Shown here piece after piece: positions 37,181 to 47,228 of a DNA stretch of 64,000 nt (position 1 is the first letter of the stretch; the number at the start of each line of letters is the position of its first letter). Location: assembly GCA_964600045.1 (NCBI GenBank), contig CAZRHS010000001.1, positions 11,046-75,045 on the forward strand, given 5' to 3'. The notes under the pieces were generated by a model. The model was not told where the DNA came from. It was given only the letters and a program-made list of their open reading frames with translations, and made no database searches. Position numbers and translations under genes: made by a program. The DNA is from an uncultured Clostridium sp. (GTDB lineage Bacteria > Bacillota > Clostridia > Christensenellales > CAG-138).

Positions 37181-39120
37181 ATAAAGAAGCAGTTAAAGAA
37201 GAAAATACGGCCATGCCCCTGCCCATGTCCATGCGCGAAATGAAGGCGCGCGGGCTGGACAGCGTGGATTTTGTATACATAATAGGGGATGCGTATATAG
37301 ACCATCCTTCCTTTGGCCCTGCAATAATAAGCCGAGTGCTTGAAAGCCATGGCTATACCGTGGGGATAATATCCCAGCCCGATTGGCACAGCGCGGATGC
37401 TTTCCGTGCCCTTGGCAGGCCGAATCTGGGCTTTTTGGTGAGCGCCGGAAACATGGACTCCATGGTTAACCACTATACCTCCGCCAAAAAGCGCAGGAGC
37501 GAGGACGCCTATACAGAGGGCGGAGTTTCCGGCAAAAGGCCGGACAGGGCGGTTATAGTCTATTCAAACCGCTGTAGAGAGGCATATAAAAACGTGCCCG
37601 TGATAATAGGCGGCATAGAGGCAAGCCTAAGGCGGTTCGCGCACTACGATTATTGGGACGATAAGGTTCGCCGCAGCGTGCTTTGCGATTCGGGCGCAGA
37701 CATATTGCTTTACGGCATGGGCGAGCGCAGCATAGTGGAGGTTGCGGACGCGTTGAGCGGCGGGCTTGACGTGAAGGACATAACGTATATTCCAGGCAGC
37801 TGCTATATGACAAGCTCACTTGACAGGGTTTATGATTACGAGCTTATAGAAAGCTATGAGGAGGTTGCCTCGGACAAGAAAAAGTACGCCTCCGCTTTTA
37901 TGAAGCAGTATCGTGAGCAGGACGCGATACGCGGCAAAAGGCTTGTTCAGCCGCACGGAAACGCCTATATTGTCGTAAATCCGCCCAGCATGCCGCTTAG
38001 CGAGGAAGAGCTTGATTCCGTATATGAGCTTCCCTATACACGCGCGCCGCACCCAAGTTATAAGGGCGAGATTCCCGCGCTTAAAGAGGTTAAGTTTTCG
38101 CTTGCCTCCTGCCGCGGGTGCTTCGGCGGCTGCTCATTCTGCGCGCTTACGTTCCACCAGGGAAGAATTGTGCAGGCAAGGAGCCATGATTCGCTTGTAA
38201 GAGAGGCCGAGCTTATGACTCATGACAGCGAGTTTAAGGGCTATATACACGATGTTGGCGGCCCAACGGCGGACTTCCGCTTCCCCGCCTGCAAAAAGCA
38301 GCTTAAATTCGGCGTTTGCCCGGACAGACAATGCTTAGGCTATGAGCCCTGCAGCCAGATGCGCGCGGATCATACGGATTATGTGGAGCTTTTAGGCAAG
38401 CTTCGAAAAGTGCCCGGCGTTAAAAAGGTTTTTGTGCGCTCCGGTATCCGCTATGACTACGTTATGTATGATAAAAACGACGAGTTTTTGAATACGCTTA
38501 TAAAATATCATATCAGCGGCAGGCTTAAGGTTGCGCCGGAGCACGTGAGCGACAAGGTGCTTAAGCTTATGGGAAAGCCGCGGCATCAGCTTTACGATGC
38601 TTTTACCGCCCGCTACAATGCCCTTAACAAAAAGGCGGGGCAGGAGCAGTTCATAGTGCCCTATTTTATGAGCAGCCACCCGGGCAGCGACCTTAACGCG
38701 GCAATAGAGCTTGCGCTTTATCTTAAGCAAAGCGGGCAGAGGCCGGAGCAGGTGCAGGATTTTTACCCAACCCCCGGCACGCTTTCAACCTGCATGTATT
38801 ATACCGGCACCGATCCCCGCACGGGTGAGAAGGTGTACGTTGCGCGCGACCCGGAGGAAAAGGCCATGCAGCGCGCGCTTATGCAGTATTTTATGCCGAA
38901 TTATGCGCCCCTTGCGAGAAAAGCGCTTAAGAAGGCGCACAGGGAGGACCTGATAGGCTTTTCAAAGGATGCGCTTGTGCCGCCGAGAGACATACATAAG
39001 CCGCAGGAAAAACCGCAAGGGAAGCCGCAAAAAAGCGGCGCACCCAAGCCGAACACAGGCCGGCATGAGCGCGGCGGAAACGAGAAAAACCAAAGAAAAA
39101 CAGCCAAAAGAGGCAGATGA
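37177..39120 (+). CDS. ygiQ: YgiQ family (UPF0313) radical SAM protein
   Basis: 647 aa. N-terminal YgiQ-type domain ([17 protein letters not shown]), a radical SAM cluster motif [11 protein letters not shown] (CxxxCxxC), and a basic K/R/Q/P-rich C-terminal tail. ATGA overlap with the divIVA stop. Confidence 0.9.
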   Translation: MNKEAVKEENTAMPLPMSMREMKARGLDSVDFVYIIGDAYIDHPSFGPAIISRVLESHGYTVGIISQPDWHSADAFRALGRPNLGFLVSAGNMDSMVNHYTSAKKRRSEDAYTEGGVSGKRPDRAVIVYSNRCREAYKNVPVIIGGIEASLRRFAHYDYWDDKVRRSVLCDSGADILLYGMGERSIVEVADALSGGLDVKDITYIPGSCYMTSSLDRVYDYELIESYEEVASDKKKYASAFMKQYREQDAIRGKRLVQPHGNAYIVVNPPSMPLSEEELDSVYELPYTRAPHPSYKGEIPALKEVKFSLASCRGCFGGCSFCALTFHQGRIVQARSHDSLVREAELMTHDSEFKGYIHDVGGPTADFRFPACKKQLKFGVCPDRQCLGYEPCSQMRADHTDYVELLGKLRKVPGVKKVFVRSGIRYDYVMYDKNDEFLNTLIKYHISGRLKVAPEHVSDKVLKLMGKPRHQLYDAFTARYNALNKKAGQEQFIVPYFMSSHPGSDLNAAIELALYLKQSGQRPEQVQDFYPTPGTLSTCMYYTGTDPRTGEKVYVARDPEEKAMQRALMQYFMPNYAPLARKALKKAHREDLIGFSKDALVPPRDIHKPQEKPQGKPQKSGAPKPNTGRHERGGNEKNQRKTAKRGR

Positions 39121-39273
39121 GTAAAATCGGCTCCGGATTTTCCGGGGCCGAAACCGTATAAAAACATTGCCTGTTCACACCATGGGTGCTTTCCCTTGCC
39201 TATTGAACAAGTGTTAAGATAATGATAAAATATACAAAATGCCAATCGCAAATGCAGGAGGAAAATCAAAAAA

Positions 39274-40995
39274 ATGAAGAGAATTGGGGCGATTATTTTG
39301 GCGCTTACGATGGCGCTTGTCAGCGTGCCGGCTCTTGCCGAAAAGGCGGACCGGGAAATTGAAGGCAACCTTGCCGTTATAACAACCGCCGAGGAATTCG
39401 CGGCGGGTACACTTGAAAACGTGGTTACCGACGAAACCATAGGCGATGGCGCGATAGTGCTTGCCGAGGGCGCAACTGAGGGCGTATACACGAGCGAGGT
39501 GCTCGGTACCGTTCCCTTTGAATACATGGTAGCCTTCTGGGGCGCGGATACTCCCGACGGCACTTCAATAGACGTTTCCGCCCGCGCTTATGTGGACATG
39601 AATAAAGAATGGACCGAGTGGCTCAGCTGGGGCACCTGGAGCAGCAGCATAAAGCGCTGCTCTGTTTCAGAGGATACCACGGCCGCCTATATGGATACCG
39701 ATACGTTTACAATTCGCGGCAGCTCCGGCGAAACCGCCAGCAAGGTTCAGATAAAGGTTACCCTGCGCGCGAACGAGGACGGCGTATCCCCCACCGTAAG
39801 GCAGGTTGGCGTAACGTATAAGAATACGCTTGAAGGCCAGGAAATAACCCCGCTCTATTACGGCGAAGAGGTTGAGCTGCCCGAAAAGGTTGTGCTCGAT
39901 ACCCCCGCTTATTCCCAGACGGTGCGTGAGCCCGGCATCGGCAGCGTAATGTGCAGCGCGACCACCATCTGCGTTATGCTTAACGACCGCGGCGAGGATC
40001 TGCTCCCCGAGGAAATAGCCCTTATTGACTACGATTGCGATTACGACGGCTTTGGCAACTGGTCCTTCAGCGTTGGCGCCGCGGGCAGCATGGGCTACGA
40101 GGTATATCTTCAGTACGCCGATCTTAACATACTCCGTCAGGAGCTTGCGCACGGCTACAGCGTGGGCATAAACGTTAAGTATTCTTCCAGCCCCAACGGC
40201 CAGTATCCTTATCTTGAGGGCGGTGCTTCCAGCAGCACCGGCGGCCACCTTATAACCATAACCGGTTATGAAACGATAGACGGCGTTGAATACTTCTATT
40301 CAAGCGACTCCGCCGCCGGCAGCGACCCGTCCTGCGTAAAGTGCTATAAGGCCGATCAGCTTGATGCCGCCTGGACAAAGAAGCTTGCCTATATAATCCA
40401 CGATAAGGAAGAAAACGTAAATTCCATCAACCCCAACCGCATCGCGGCGGAGCTTGTGAGCGCAGGCGAGAATGAATACACCCTTACCGTAAACGGCGAG
40501 GCGGTTCAGATAAACAAGAGCTTCACCGCCGCCAAGTGGAACAAGGACGGCTGCGGCATAATCGCCTACTATCTTGAGGGTGAGGACGCAAGCACCGTTA
40601 CAATGCCCGAAAAGGTAAAGACCACAACGGCCAACAACGTGTTCCGCTATACAATAAAGGGCAACGAGAACGGAAACCTTACGATTAAGTCCTCCTCCAT
40701 AATGGGCGGCCTTACCAAGCCCGCAACGCTGCACCTGTTCGTAATGACCAACAACGGCACTACCTACACCGCAAGCCTTGAGCTGCAGCCCAACCCCGTT
40801 GAGGAAACCCCCGCTCCTACCGAGGAACCCACCGCTACCGAAGAAGTAACGGCAACCGAGGAGCCCACCGCTACCGAAGCCCCCGCCGAGGAAACCTCAG
40901 GCGGCCTTAGCACCGGAGGAATAGTGGCGATAATCTGCGCCGTTGTTGCCGCGCTGTGCGGCGCGTTCGTTGCGCTTAAAAAGAAGAAGCAGTAA
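39274..40995 (+). CDS. Secreted, C-terminally membrane-anchored protein with a C39-like (papain-fold) peptidase domain
   Basis: 573 aa. Signal peptide MKRIGAIILALTMALVSVPALA. Candidate Cys in GIGSVMCSATTICVML and His in STGGHLITITGYE. TEEPTATEE repeat linker and a final TM helix followed by KKKKQ. Confidence 0.55.
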   Translation: MKRIGAIILALTMALVSVPALAEKADREIEGNLAVITTAEEFAAGTLENVVTDETIGDGAIVLAEGATEGVYTSEVLGTVPFEYMVAFWGADTPDGTSIDVSARAYVDMNKEWTEWLSWGTWSSSIKRCSVSEDTTAAYMDTDTFTIRGSSGETASKVQIKVTLRANEDGVSPTVRQVGVTYKNTLEGQEITPLYYGEEVELPEKVVLDTPAYSQTVREPGIGSVMCSATTICVMLNDRGEDLLPEEIALIDYDCDYDGFGNWSFSVGAAGSMGYEVYLQYADLNILRQELAHGYSVGINVKYSSSPNGQYPYLEGGASSSTGGHLITITGYETIDGVEYFYSSDSAAGSDPSCVKCYKADQLDAAWTKKLAYIIHDKEENVNSINPNRIAAELVSAGENEYTLTVNGEAVQINKSFTAAKWNKDGCGIIAYYLEGEDASTVTMPEKVKTTTANNVFRYTIKGNENGNLTIKSSSIMGGLTKPATLHLFVMTNNGTTYTASLELQPNPVEETPAPTEEPTATEEVTATEEPTATEAPAEETSGGLSTGGIVAIICAVVAALCGAFVALKKKKQ

Positions 40996-41074
40996 GAGCG
41001 AATAAATAAGGCAAAGTGAATCAAAGGGGCGACCGGCAGGCCGCCCCATACTTGTTAAAAAGGGAGAGGTGCTT

Positions 41075-43234
41075 ATGAGTGACGATTTACTGAAAGGGCT
41101 TAACGATGCTCAGCGGCAGGCCGTAACAACAACCGAGGGCTTTGTGCGCGTTATGGCGGGCGCGGGCAGCGGCAAAACCGGCGCGCTCGCCAAACGGTTC
41201 GCCTATCTTGTGAATGATGTTGGCATACTGCCCTCAAACATACTTTGTGTAACCTTCACCAATAAGTCCGCAAACGAAATGCGCCGGCGCATACGCTCCT
41301 TAACCGGCGATAACGATACCGGCTTTATAAGCACGTTCCACGGCTTCTGCGTATCCGTACTTCAGGAGGAAAGCCACTTTGTGCAGTACCCGAAAAGCTT
41401 TCTTGTGCTGGACAATTCGGACATAGATTCAATGCTTGGCGTAATATACGAGGAGCGCGGCCTTACGCTTAGGGATATGACGTTCTCCAAGGCGCGGGAC
41501 ATGATAGAGATGGAAAAATGCGTGCACCGCCCGCAGTATTATCTGGACGTTATAGCAATGGACCTTGATGTGCTTAAGGCCAAATACGATAAAGCCAATG
41601 AAGCGAAGGACATTATATTCTACGGCTATCTTTATCTTCAGAAGAAGTGCTTCGGCCTTGATTATAACGACCTTATAAAGTTCACTCTGTATATATTCTC
41701 AAAATCCGAAGAGATAAGGCTTAAATGGCAGCAGCGGCTTGAATACATTATGATAGACGAGTTTCAGGATATAGACCCGCTGCAGTATGAGCTTATGCAG
41801 GCACTGTGCGCCTACCACAAAAACCTTTTCATAGTGGGCGACCCGGACCAGACGATATACACCTGGCGCGGGGCAAACGTTAAATACCTGCTTGATTTTG
41901 ACAAAAACTTCCCCGGCACGCAAACGATAATGATGATGAAAAACTATCGCTCCACGCCGGAGATTTTAAGCGCGGCAAACTCGCTTATAGATAAAAACAA
42001 AATTCGCGCGAAAAAGAGCCTTGAACCCACATTGCCAAGCGGCATAAGGCCCGTGTATACCCACAGCAAAACGGCCGCCGCCGAGGCGGAGGACATAGCC
42101 GCGCGCATGAAGCGGCTTCATGACGAGTGCGTTCCATACGGGGACATGGCCGTGCTTTACCGCGCGCATTATTCATCAAGACTGGTTGAGGAGGGGCTTA
42201 TAAAGGCCGAAATACCCTATACCATATACAGCGGCGTGCAGTTCTTTGACAGGCTTGAAATAAAGGACGCTTTAAGCTACCTTAGAATGGTTGTGTATAA
42301 GGACGACCTTTCGTTTGAAAGGATAGTTAATACCCCCAGGCGAAACATAGGCGATAAGCGCATGCGCGCCATAAAGGAATACGCCGAGAAGAATTCCTGC
42401 TCTCTTTACGATGCCCTTAAGGCCTGCGCCGACGAGCCGCTTTTCGCAAGCACCCACGCCAAGCGCTTCATAAAGCTGATAGAGCATTTTTCCTCAACAT
42501 ATAAAAACATTCCCGCAAGCGAAACGCTGAGCGCGATACTTAATGAAAGCGGCTATGAAGCGATGCTTAGAACCGAGGGCGCGCAGGACAGGCTTGATAA
42601 CCTGGCCGAGCTTAAACAGGCTGTGTATGAATATGAATCGGCCTGCGGCGAGGAAAACGCGGCGGAGGATTTCCTTTCGCACGCGGCGCTGCTTTCAAAC
42701 CTTGACGCCGGCACAAAGAGCGATGCCGTAAAGCTTATGACGGTTCATACCGCAAAGGGCCTTGAATTTCCGTATGTGTTTATATGCTCCGCGTGCGAGG
42801 GCATTTTCCCATCTAAGCGCACCTCAAGCCTTGAGGGCATGGAGGAGGAGCGGCGGCTTATGTTCGTTGCCATGACCCGCGCCGAAAAGGGCCTTTTCAT
42901 AAGCGATTCGGAGGGCAGGGGTATAGACGGATCGTATCGCTATCCGTCCCGCTTTGTTTTTGATATAGACAGGGAATTTATTGATTATACATTGGAACTT
43001 AACGAAAGCCTTAAAGCGGAAGCCGAGCGGTATATATCCTCCGTTCAGATAAGACTTGGCGGAAACGCGCAGCCGCTGCGCTTTTCAATTGGCCAGCGAA
43101 TACGCCACGATATAATGGGTCCGGGCGTTATAGAGGATATTGACCGCGAAAGAATGGCCTACGTTATCCGCTTTGACTCCATACCGACCCCACGAAAGAT
43201 AAACTTCAGGGCAACAAGCCTGAGCGAGGAATAA
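41075..43234 (+). CDS. UvrD/PcrA/Rep-family ATP-dependent DNA helicase
   Basis: ATG 41075 follows GGGAGAGG (track start TTG 41069). Walker A AGAGSGKTG, motif II MIDEFQDID, and VGDPDQTIYTWRGA, NYRST, VHTAKGLEFPYVF. Confidence 0.9.
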   Translation: MSDDLLKGLNDAQRQAVTTTEGFVRVMAGAGSGKTGALAKRFAYLVNDVGILPSNILCVTFTNKSANEMRRRIRSLTGDNDTGFISTFHGFCVSVLQEESHFVQYPKSFLVLDNSDIDSMLGVIYEERGLTLRDMTFSKARDMIEMEKCVHRPQYYLDVIAMDLDVLKAKYDKANEAKDIIFYGYLYLQKKCFGLDYNDLIKFTLYIFSKSEEIRLKWQQRLEYIMIDEFQDIDPLQYELMQALCAYHKNLFIVGDPDQTIYTWRGANVKYLLDFDKNFPGTQTIMMMKNYRSTPEILSAANSLIDKNKIRAKKSLEPTLPSGIRPVYTHSKTAAAEAEDIAARMKRLHDECVPYGDMAVLYRAHYSSRLVEEGLIKAEIPYTIYSGVQFFDRLEIKDALSYLRMVVYKDDLSFERIVNTPRRNIGDKRMRAIKEYAEKNSCSLYDALKACADEPLFASTHAKRFIKLIEHFSSTYKNIPASETLSAILNESGYEAMLRTEGAQDRLDNLAELKQAVYEYESACGEENAAEDFLSHAALLSNLDAGTKSDAVKLMTVHTAKGLEFPYVFICSACEGIFPSKRTSSLEGMEEERRLMFVAMTRAEKGLFISDSEGRGIDGSYRYPSRFVFDIDREFIDYTLELNESLKAEAERYISSVQIRLGGNAQPLRFSIGQRIRHDIMGPGVIEDIDRERMAYVIRFDSIPTPRKINFRATSLSEE

Positions 43235-43238
43235 AAAA

Positions 43239-43278
43239 CAGCGTGTCCTAAAAATAAGGGCACGCTGAATCTTTTTTG
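43239..43278. terminator. Bidirectional terminator between the helicase and coaW
   Basis: AAAAAA-CAGCGTGTCC-TAAAAATAA-GGGCACGCTG-AATCTTTTTT. Confidence 0.55.
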
Positions 43279-43285
43279 GTGGAAA

Positions 43286-44119
43286 TTAAATTTTTGCGTT
43301 GTTTACAAACGGCAGCGCCGCGCCTATGGCCGTGGCGAAGGTGGCATTTTGCGGGATGAAGAATTTAACGTCCGATATTTCCTCAACAACGCTCATAACC
43401 TTGGGGGCAAGGCTCATGTTCGCAAGGCTGCCCGTAAGTATAACGTCCTTTACGGTGTCGTTCCTAAGCGCGAACACGCTAAGCATGCCGACGGTTTGGA
43501 AAACCATGTTCACAAGGCCGAAGGCAATGTCGCTCTTCTCCGTGCCGCTCGATATTTTGCCGAAGTTAGAGGCGGTTATGTGGGAAGGCAGCATGCCCAC
43601 GTCGTTTGTGCATATATCCGATATCATAAGGTCAACCTTGTCAAGCCGACCTTTTTCGGCAAGCTGTGCCATGGCATCGTGATCGTTTTCGTGGAACAGG
43701 TGGAAAGAAAGCCCGGCAAGAGTACCCCCGCCAACGCCGCTGCCGCCTATATGCACGCACCCGAGTTTTCCCGCGCGCACAAACGCCGTGCCGGTGCCGA
43801 GGCTTACAACAAGCGCTTCCTCCTTGCCGCTTAAAGCAAGGCCGCCTTTGCCTATGGCTACGAACTCATCTATGCGCTCGGTATGGATGCCATATATGTC
43901 GCCCTTTACAAGCGCCGCGCCAACGCCGGTTATAACAAAGCACGAAACATCGTTCAGCGATATGCCGCGCGTGCTTAAAAAGTTTCCTATGGCGCCGTAA
44001 AGAGAGGTAAGCCTGTCGGATGCCTCTACCCTAAGCGTACCAATATGCTGCCCGGATTCCTGGAAACCGGCAATCTTGGTGGTGGAGCCGCCTATGTCTA
44101 TTCCCAGTACAACGCCCAT
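43286..44119 (-). CDS. coaW: Type II pantothenate kinase (CoaW-like, ASKHA fold)
   Basis: 277 aa. GIDIGGSTTKIAGF, LGTGTAF, IGGSGVGGGTLAGL and ITASNFGK are colinear with S. aureus CoaW as recalled. Confidence 0.7.
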   Translation of the reverse strand: MGVVLGIDIGGSTTKIAGFQESGQHIGTLRVEASDRLTSLYGAIGNFLSTRGISLNDVSCFVITGVGAALVKGDIYGIHTERIDEFVAIGKGGLALSGKEEALVVSLGTGTAFVRAGKLGCVHIGGSGVGGGTLAGLSFHLFHENDHDAMAQLAEKGRLDKVDLMISDICTNDVGMLPSHITASNFGKISSGTEKSDIAFGLVNMVFQTVGMLSVFALRNDTVKDVILTGSLANMSLAPKVMSVVEEISDVKFFIPQNATFATAIGAALPFVNNAKI

Positions 44120-44120
44120 A

Positions 44121-44747
44121 TCAGTTCGCTCCGCTCATGTTCTGCTGCTTAAGCCACACGGGGGCGGCAACCTTATATACCAGCGGGGTTACTATGGCCG
44201 CGGCAACAAGCTCTATAACGCCGTTAAGGCTTATTAGGGTTGTGAATATGGTCTTAAAGAGTTCAAAGAAAGCGGCGTAGCTTTCAAACATTCCGCCGAA
44301 TATGTACATGGCGCTTAGAACAAGCACGGTGTTCGTAAGCGTGCCGGCAACGGCCGCTATAAGCGCGCAAACCCAGCTGTTTAAGCTTTTGTTCTTGCTG
44401 AGTGCCTCAAAGACAATACCAGCCACAAGACCCACAAGAATTCTGGGCAAAACGGATATGAGCGGGTTTGTAAACATTACCCAAAGAGGATTGGTAAACG
44501 CGCGTATCATGCAGGTTAAGCCCCAAACAAGGCCCAGGAACGCGCCGTATTTCCAGCCGAGCAGGGTCGCGCCAATGGCTACGACTATATGCAGCGTTGT
44601 TATTTCAACCACGCCTGCGGTGATGTAGCCGGTATAGGGAACAACAGTCATAACGATTATGAGTGCGGAAAACATTGCGGCAAGAACAAAGTTGCGAAGA
44701 TCCTTGCGCTTCATGGGTTTGATGGCTTTAGTCGTGTCCATTGCCAA
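44121..44747 (-). CDS. ECF transporter S-component (candidate pantothenate-specific PanT)
   Basis: 208 aa. Six-TM S-component pattern (..TTLHIVVAIGATLLGWKYGA.., ..FTNPLISVLPRILVGL..). Its stop lies 1 nt before the coaW start. Confidence 0.65.
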   Translation of the reverse strand: MAMDTTKAIKPMKRKDLRNFVLAAMFSALIIVMTVVPYTGYITAGVVEITTLHIVVAIGATLLGWKYGAFLGLVWGLTCMIRAFTNPLWVMFTNPLISVLPRILVGLVAGIVFEALSKNKSLNSWVCALIAAVAGTLTNTVLVLSAMYIFGGMFESYAAFFELFKTIFTTLISLNGVIELVAAAIVTPLVYKVAAPVWLKQQNMSGAN

Positions 44748-44985
44748 ATCTCCTTTTTTAGCAAATGATTTCTGTTAATGCGGGGAACTCCCCCCAATAA
44801 CACGGAGATTATACTTTGAAATTAAAAAATAATCAAGGGAAACGACCCCCAAATGAGCAAAAATTGTCCTGAAAACCGAATAAGCTTTGGTATGCGAGCG
44901 GTCAAATATTGTCTTTACATGTCAGGCGATTGCTAATATAATGACTTTGTATGACTTTTTAGAACTAATATAGAGGTAACTGCTT

Positions 44986-46575
44986 ATGGAAAACAGCGTG
45001 GCTGAAAAGCCGGCTAAGAACAAAAAGAAAACGCTTACAATCGTCCTGCTGTCGCTGCTGGCGGCGGTAATAGTGCTGGGCGGAATATTTCTTGCGCTTA
45101 AAATAAAGGCGGACAAAGAGGAAGAGGAAAGGCAGAGCCTGCTCAACTCCGGCGTGTTCTATACGGGCATAACCGTAGGCGGCGTGGACGTGAGCGGCAT
45201 GAGCATGGATCAGGCCAAGGAAGCCCTTAAAGAGGCTGAGGAGAAGCTGACCGAGAACGTGGGCTTTACCGTAACCGACGGCGAGCATACCTATACGATA
45301 GACAAAAGCTTTTTTGACATATCATATAATACCGAAGAGAAGCTTGCCGAGGCCATGGCCGAGGGTCGTGACGACTCGCTTACGCTTGAAGAGCTTAAAA
45401 ACGGACTTAGCGACATAGCCGCAAACGGCCGCAGCTTTGATATTGAGTATACCATTGCCGCGCCGGACTTTACTGAATTCGCGGCAGGCATAGCGGCCGA
45501 AATAAACGTTGCTCCCGTGGATGCCACGTTCAGCGTGAAGCAGCTTGAAATGAACGAGGATACGGACGCGCTCAACGCCGTTAATATAGGCATTGCCGAT
45601 GACGATACCGTAACCGACATTAGGGATTTGAGGTTCGATTTTGTTGAGGGCGTACCCGGAAGCGGCCTTAACGAGCAGGCGCTTATAGAGGAGCTTACCT
45701 CCCGTACCGAGGCGCGCGATTTCGGCACCGTTGAATTCACAAGCGAAACGATAGAGCCTGAGGTTACCATAGCCACCATTAAGGAAACGCTTGTCCTGCG
45801 CTCAAAGGCTTATACAAGCTATGCCAAGGGTCACTACGGCCGGGCGGAGCGCGTGCACAACATGACCAAGGCCTGCGGCCTTATGTACGGCACCGTTCTT
45901 CAGCCGGGCGAGGTTTTCTCCTGCAACACCCTTCTTGGCGACAGGTATGAAAAATACGGCTGGCAGCTTGCCCCCGCGGTTATAGAGGGCGGCGCAAGCA
46001 CGGAGGATCAGCCGGGCGGCGGCGTTTGCCAGGTTAGCACAACGGTTTATAACGCCGTGCTTATGGGAGATTACGAGGTTGTATACCGCCAGGCCCATTC
46101 AAGCAGACTAAGCTACGTTCCCGGCGGACTGGACGCGACCATAAATACCGGCACCATAGACTTTAAGTGGAGCAACAATACCTCTTCACCCATTTACGTA
46201 TTCACCTGGATAGATACCGAGCAGAAGCGTGTATGGTGCGAAATATACGGCGAGCCCTTCGGCGAGGATGCGGGCTTTGACGAAATAGAGCTTATAAGCG
46301 AAAGATTGCCCGATATAGAGCCCACCGCCGATGAATACATAACCTATTCCGGCCTTATCGAGCCCTATTGGATGCTTAAGAACGAGGCTAAGACCGGATA
46401 CGTATACGATACGTATAAATCCTATAAGCTTAACGGCGTTGAGGTAAAGCGCGAGAAGATAGCCAATACCATTTATCGCATGCATCCCAGGCGCTACTAT
46501 GTGTGGCCCGGCTACGTTGCGGGCACTGCGCTGCAGGCCGAGTATCAGCTGCCCCTGCCGGAAAAGACCAACTGA
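44986..46575 (+). CDS. VanW family protein (N-terminal TM anchor, PG-binding-like region, VanW domain)
   Basis: 529 aa. VanW core ..PGEVFSCNTLLG..QPGGGVCQVSTTVYNAVL..YRQAHS.. Confidence 0.8.
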   Translation: MENSVAEKPAKNKKKTLTIVLLSLLAAVIVLGGIFLALKIKADKEEEERQSLLNSGVFYTGITVGGVDVSGMSMDQAKEALKEAEEKLTENVGFTVTDGEHTYTIDKSFFDISYNTEEKLAEAMAEGRDDSLTLEELKNGLSDIAANGRSFDIEYTIAAPDFTEFAAGIAAEINVAPVDATFSVKQLEMNEDTDALNAVNIGIADDDTVTDIRDLRFDFVEGVPGSGLNEQALIEELTSRTEARDFGTVEFTSETIEPEVTIATIKETLVLRSKAYTSYAKGHYGRAERVHNMTKACGLMYGTVLQPGEVFSCNTLLGDRYEKYGWQLAPAVIEGGASTEDQPGGGVCQVSTTVYNAVLMGDYEVVYRQAHSSRLSYVPGGLDATINTGTIDFKWSNNTSSPIYVFTWIDTEQKRVWCEIYGEPFGEDAGFDEIELISERLPDIEPTADEYITYSGLIEPYWMLKNEAKTGYVYDTYKSYKLNGVEVKREKIANTIYRMHPRRYYVWPGYVAGTALQAEYQLPLPEKTN

Positions 46576-46594
46576 CAGCATAACGAACCCATTT

Positions 46595-46627
46595 TCCCCT
46601 GCCAAAAAACGGCGGGGGATTTTTTTG
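46595..46627 (+). terminator. Rho-independent terminator after the VanW gene
   Basis: TCCCCTGCC-AAAAAAC-GGCGGGGGA followed by TTTTTTT. Confidence 0.55.
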
Positions 46628-46673
46628 CACAAAATCTGGCATGTTTTCGCAAAAATTATCAGTTTTTAGCATA

Positions 46674-46709
46674 AAAGTGGTGACAAATGTCACAAAGTGG
46701 TGATATAAT
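46674..46709 (+). promoter_or_regulatory. dcw promoter with candidate MraZ operator repeats
   Basis: AAAGTGGTGA at 46674-46683 and 46694-46703, with a degenerate copy AAATGTCACA (46685-46694) between them. These overlap GTGACA (-35-like, 46680-46685) and an extended -10 TGaTATAAT (46701-46709), 67 nt upstream of mraZ. Confidence 0.5.
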
Positions 46710-46775
46710 CAGACTACATAAATGGGGTGGAGGGACATCTATACCCATTTATAGAAAATCCGGAGGCTGTAACGA

Positions 46776-47228
46776 GTGCTGATTGGCTGCTTCGAACATA
46801 ATATGGACAGCAAGGGCAGGATAATAATTCCCGCCAAATGGCGCTTGGATCTGGGGGCGCGGATAATCGTAACCTGCGGCTTTGCGCGTAAGGGCGAATA
46901 TCAGTGCCTTATGGGTATGTCCGAAGAAAGATGGATGGCCTTCGTAAACGCCCTTCAAAACGTGTCTCTTGCGGATGTGGTTGTTCAGAAGGCGATAAGA
47001 AAGGTTTCGGCATACGCGTGCGAGTGCGAGCTTGATAAGCAGGGCCGCGTGCTGATATCCCCCAAGCTTAGGGAAATGGCATTGCTTGATGGGGACATAA
47101 TGCTTGCCGGCGCCAATAACCGCATAGAAATCTGGAACCGCGACAAGTGGAACGCCGAGATGGACGATGAAACCGGCTTTGATGACGAAACGCTGCTTGC
47201 GCTTACAAGGATACAGAACGGTATATGA
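46776..47228 (+). CDS. mraZ: Transcriptional regulator MraZ
   Basis: 150 aa from a GTG start. Two MraZ/SpoVT-AbrB repeats: DSKGRIIIPAKWR and DKQGRVLISPKLR. Confidence 0.9.
   Translation: MLIGCFEHNMDSKGRIIIPAKWRLDLGARIIVTCGFARKGEYQCLMGMSEERWMAFVNALQNVSLADVVVQKAIRKVSAYACECELDKQGRVLISPKLREMALLDGDIMLAGANNRIEIWNRDKWNAEMDDETGFDDETLLALTRIQNGI

Noticed and set aside
39274-43234. A C39-like peptidase next to a UvrD-family helicase was considered as a possible defence island.
   Set aside because: The two genes are separate transcription units. The helicase has standard UvrD/PcrA motifs with no fused nuclease, and no typical partners (ATPase/nuclease, methylase, TIR, etc.) are present. The composition matches the core genome.
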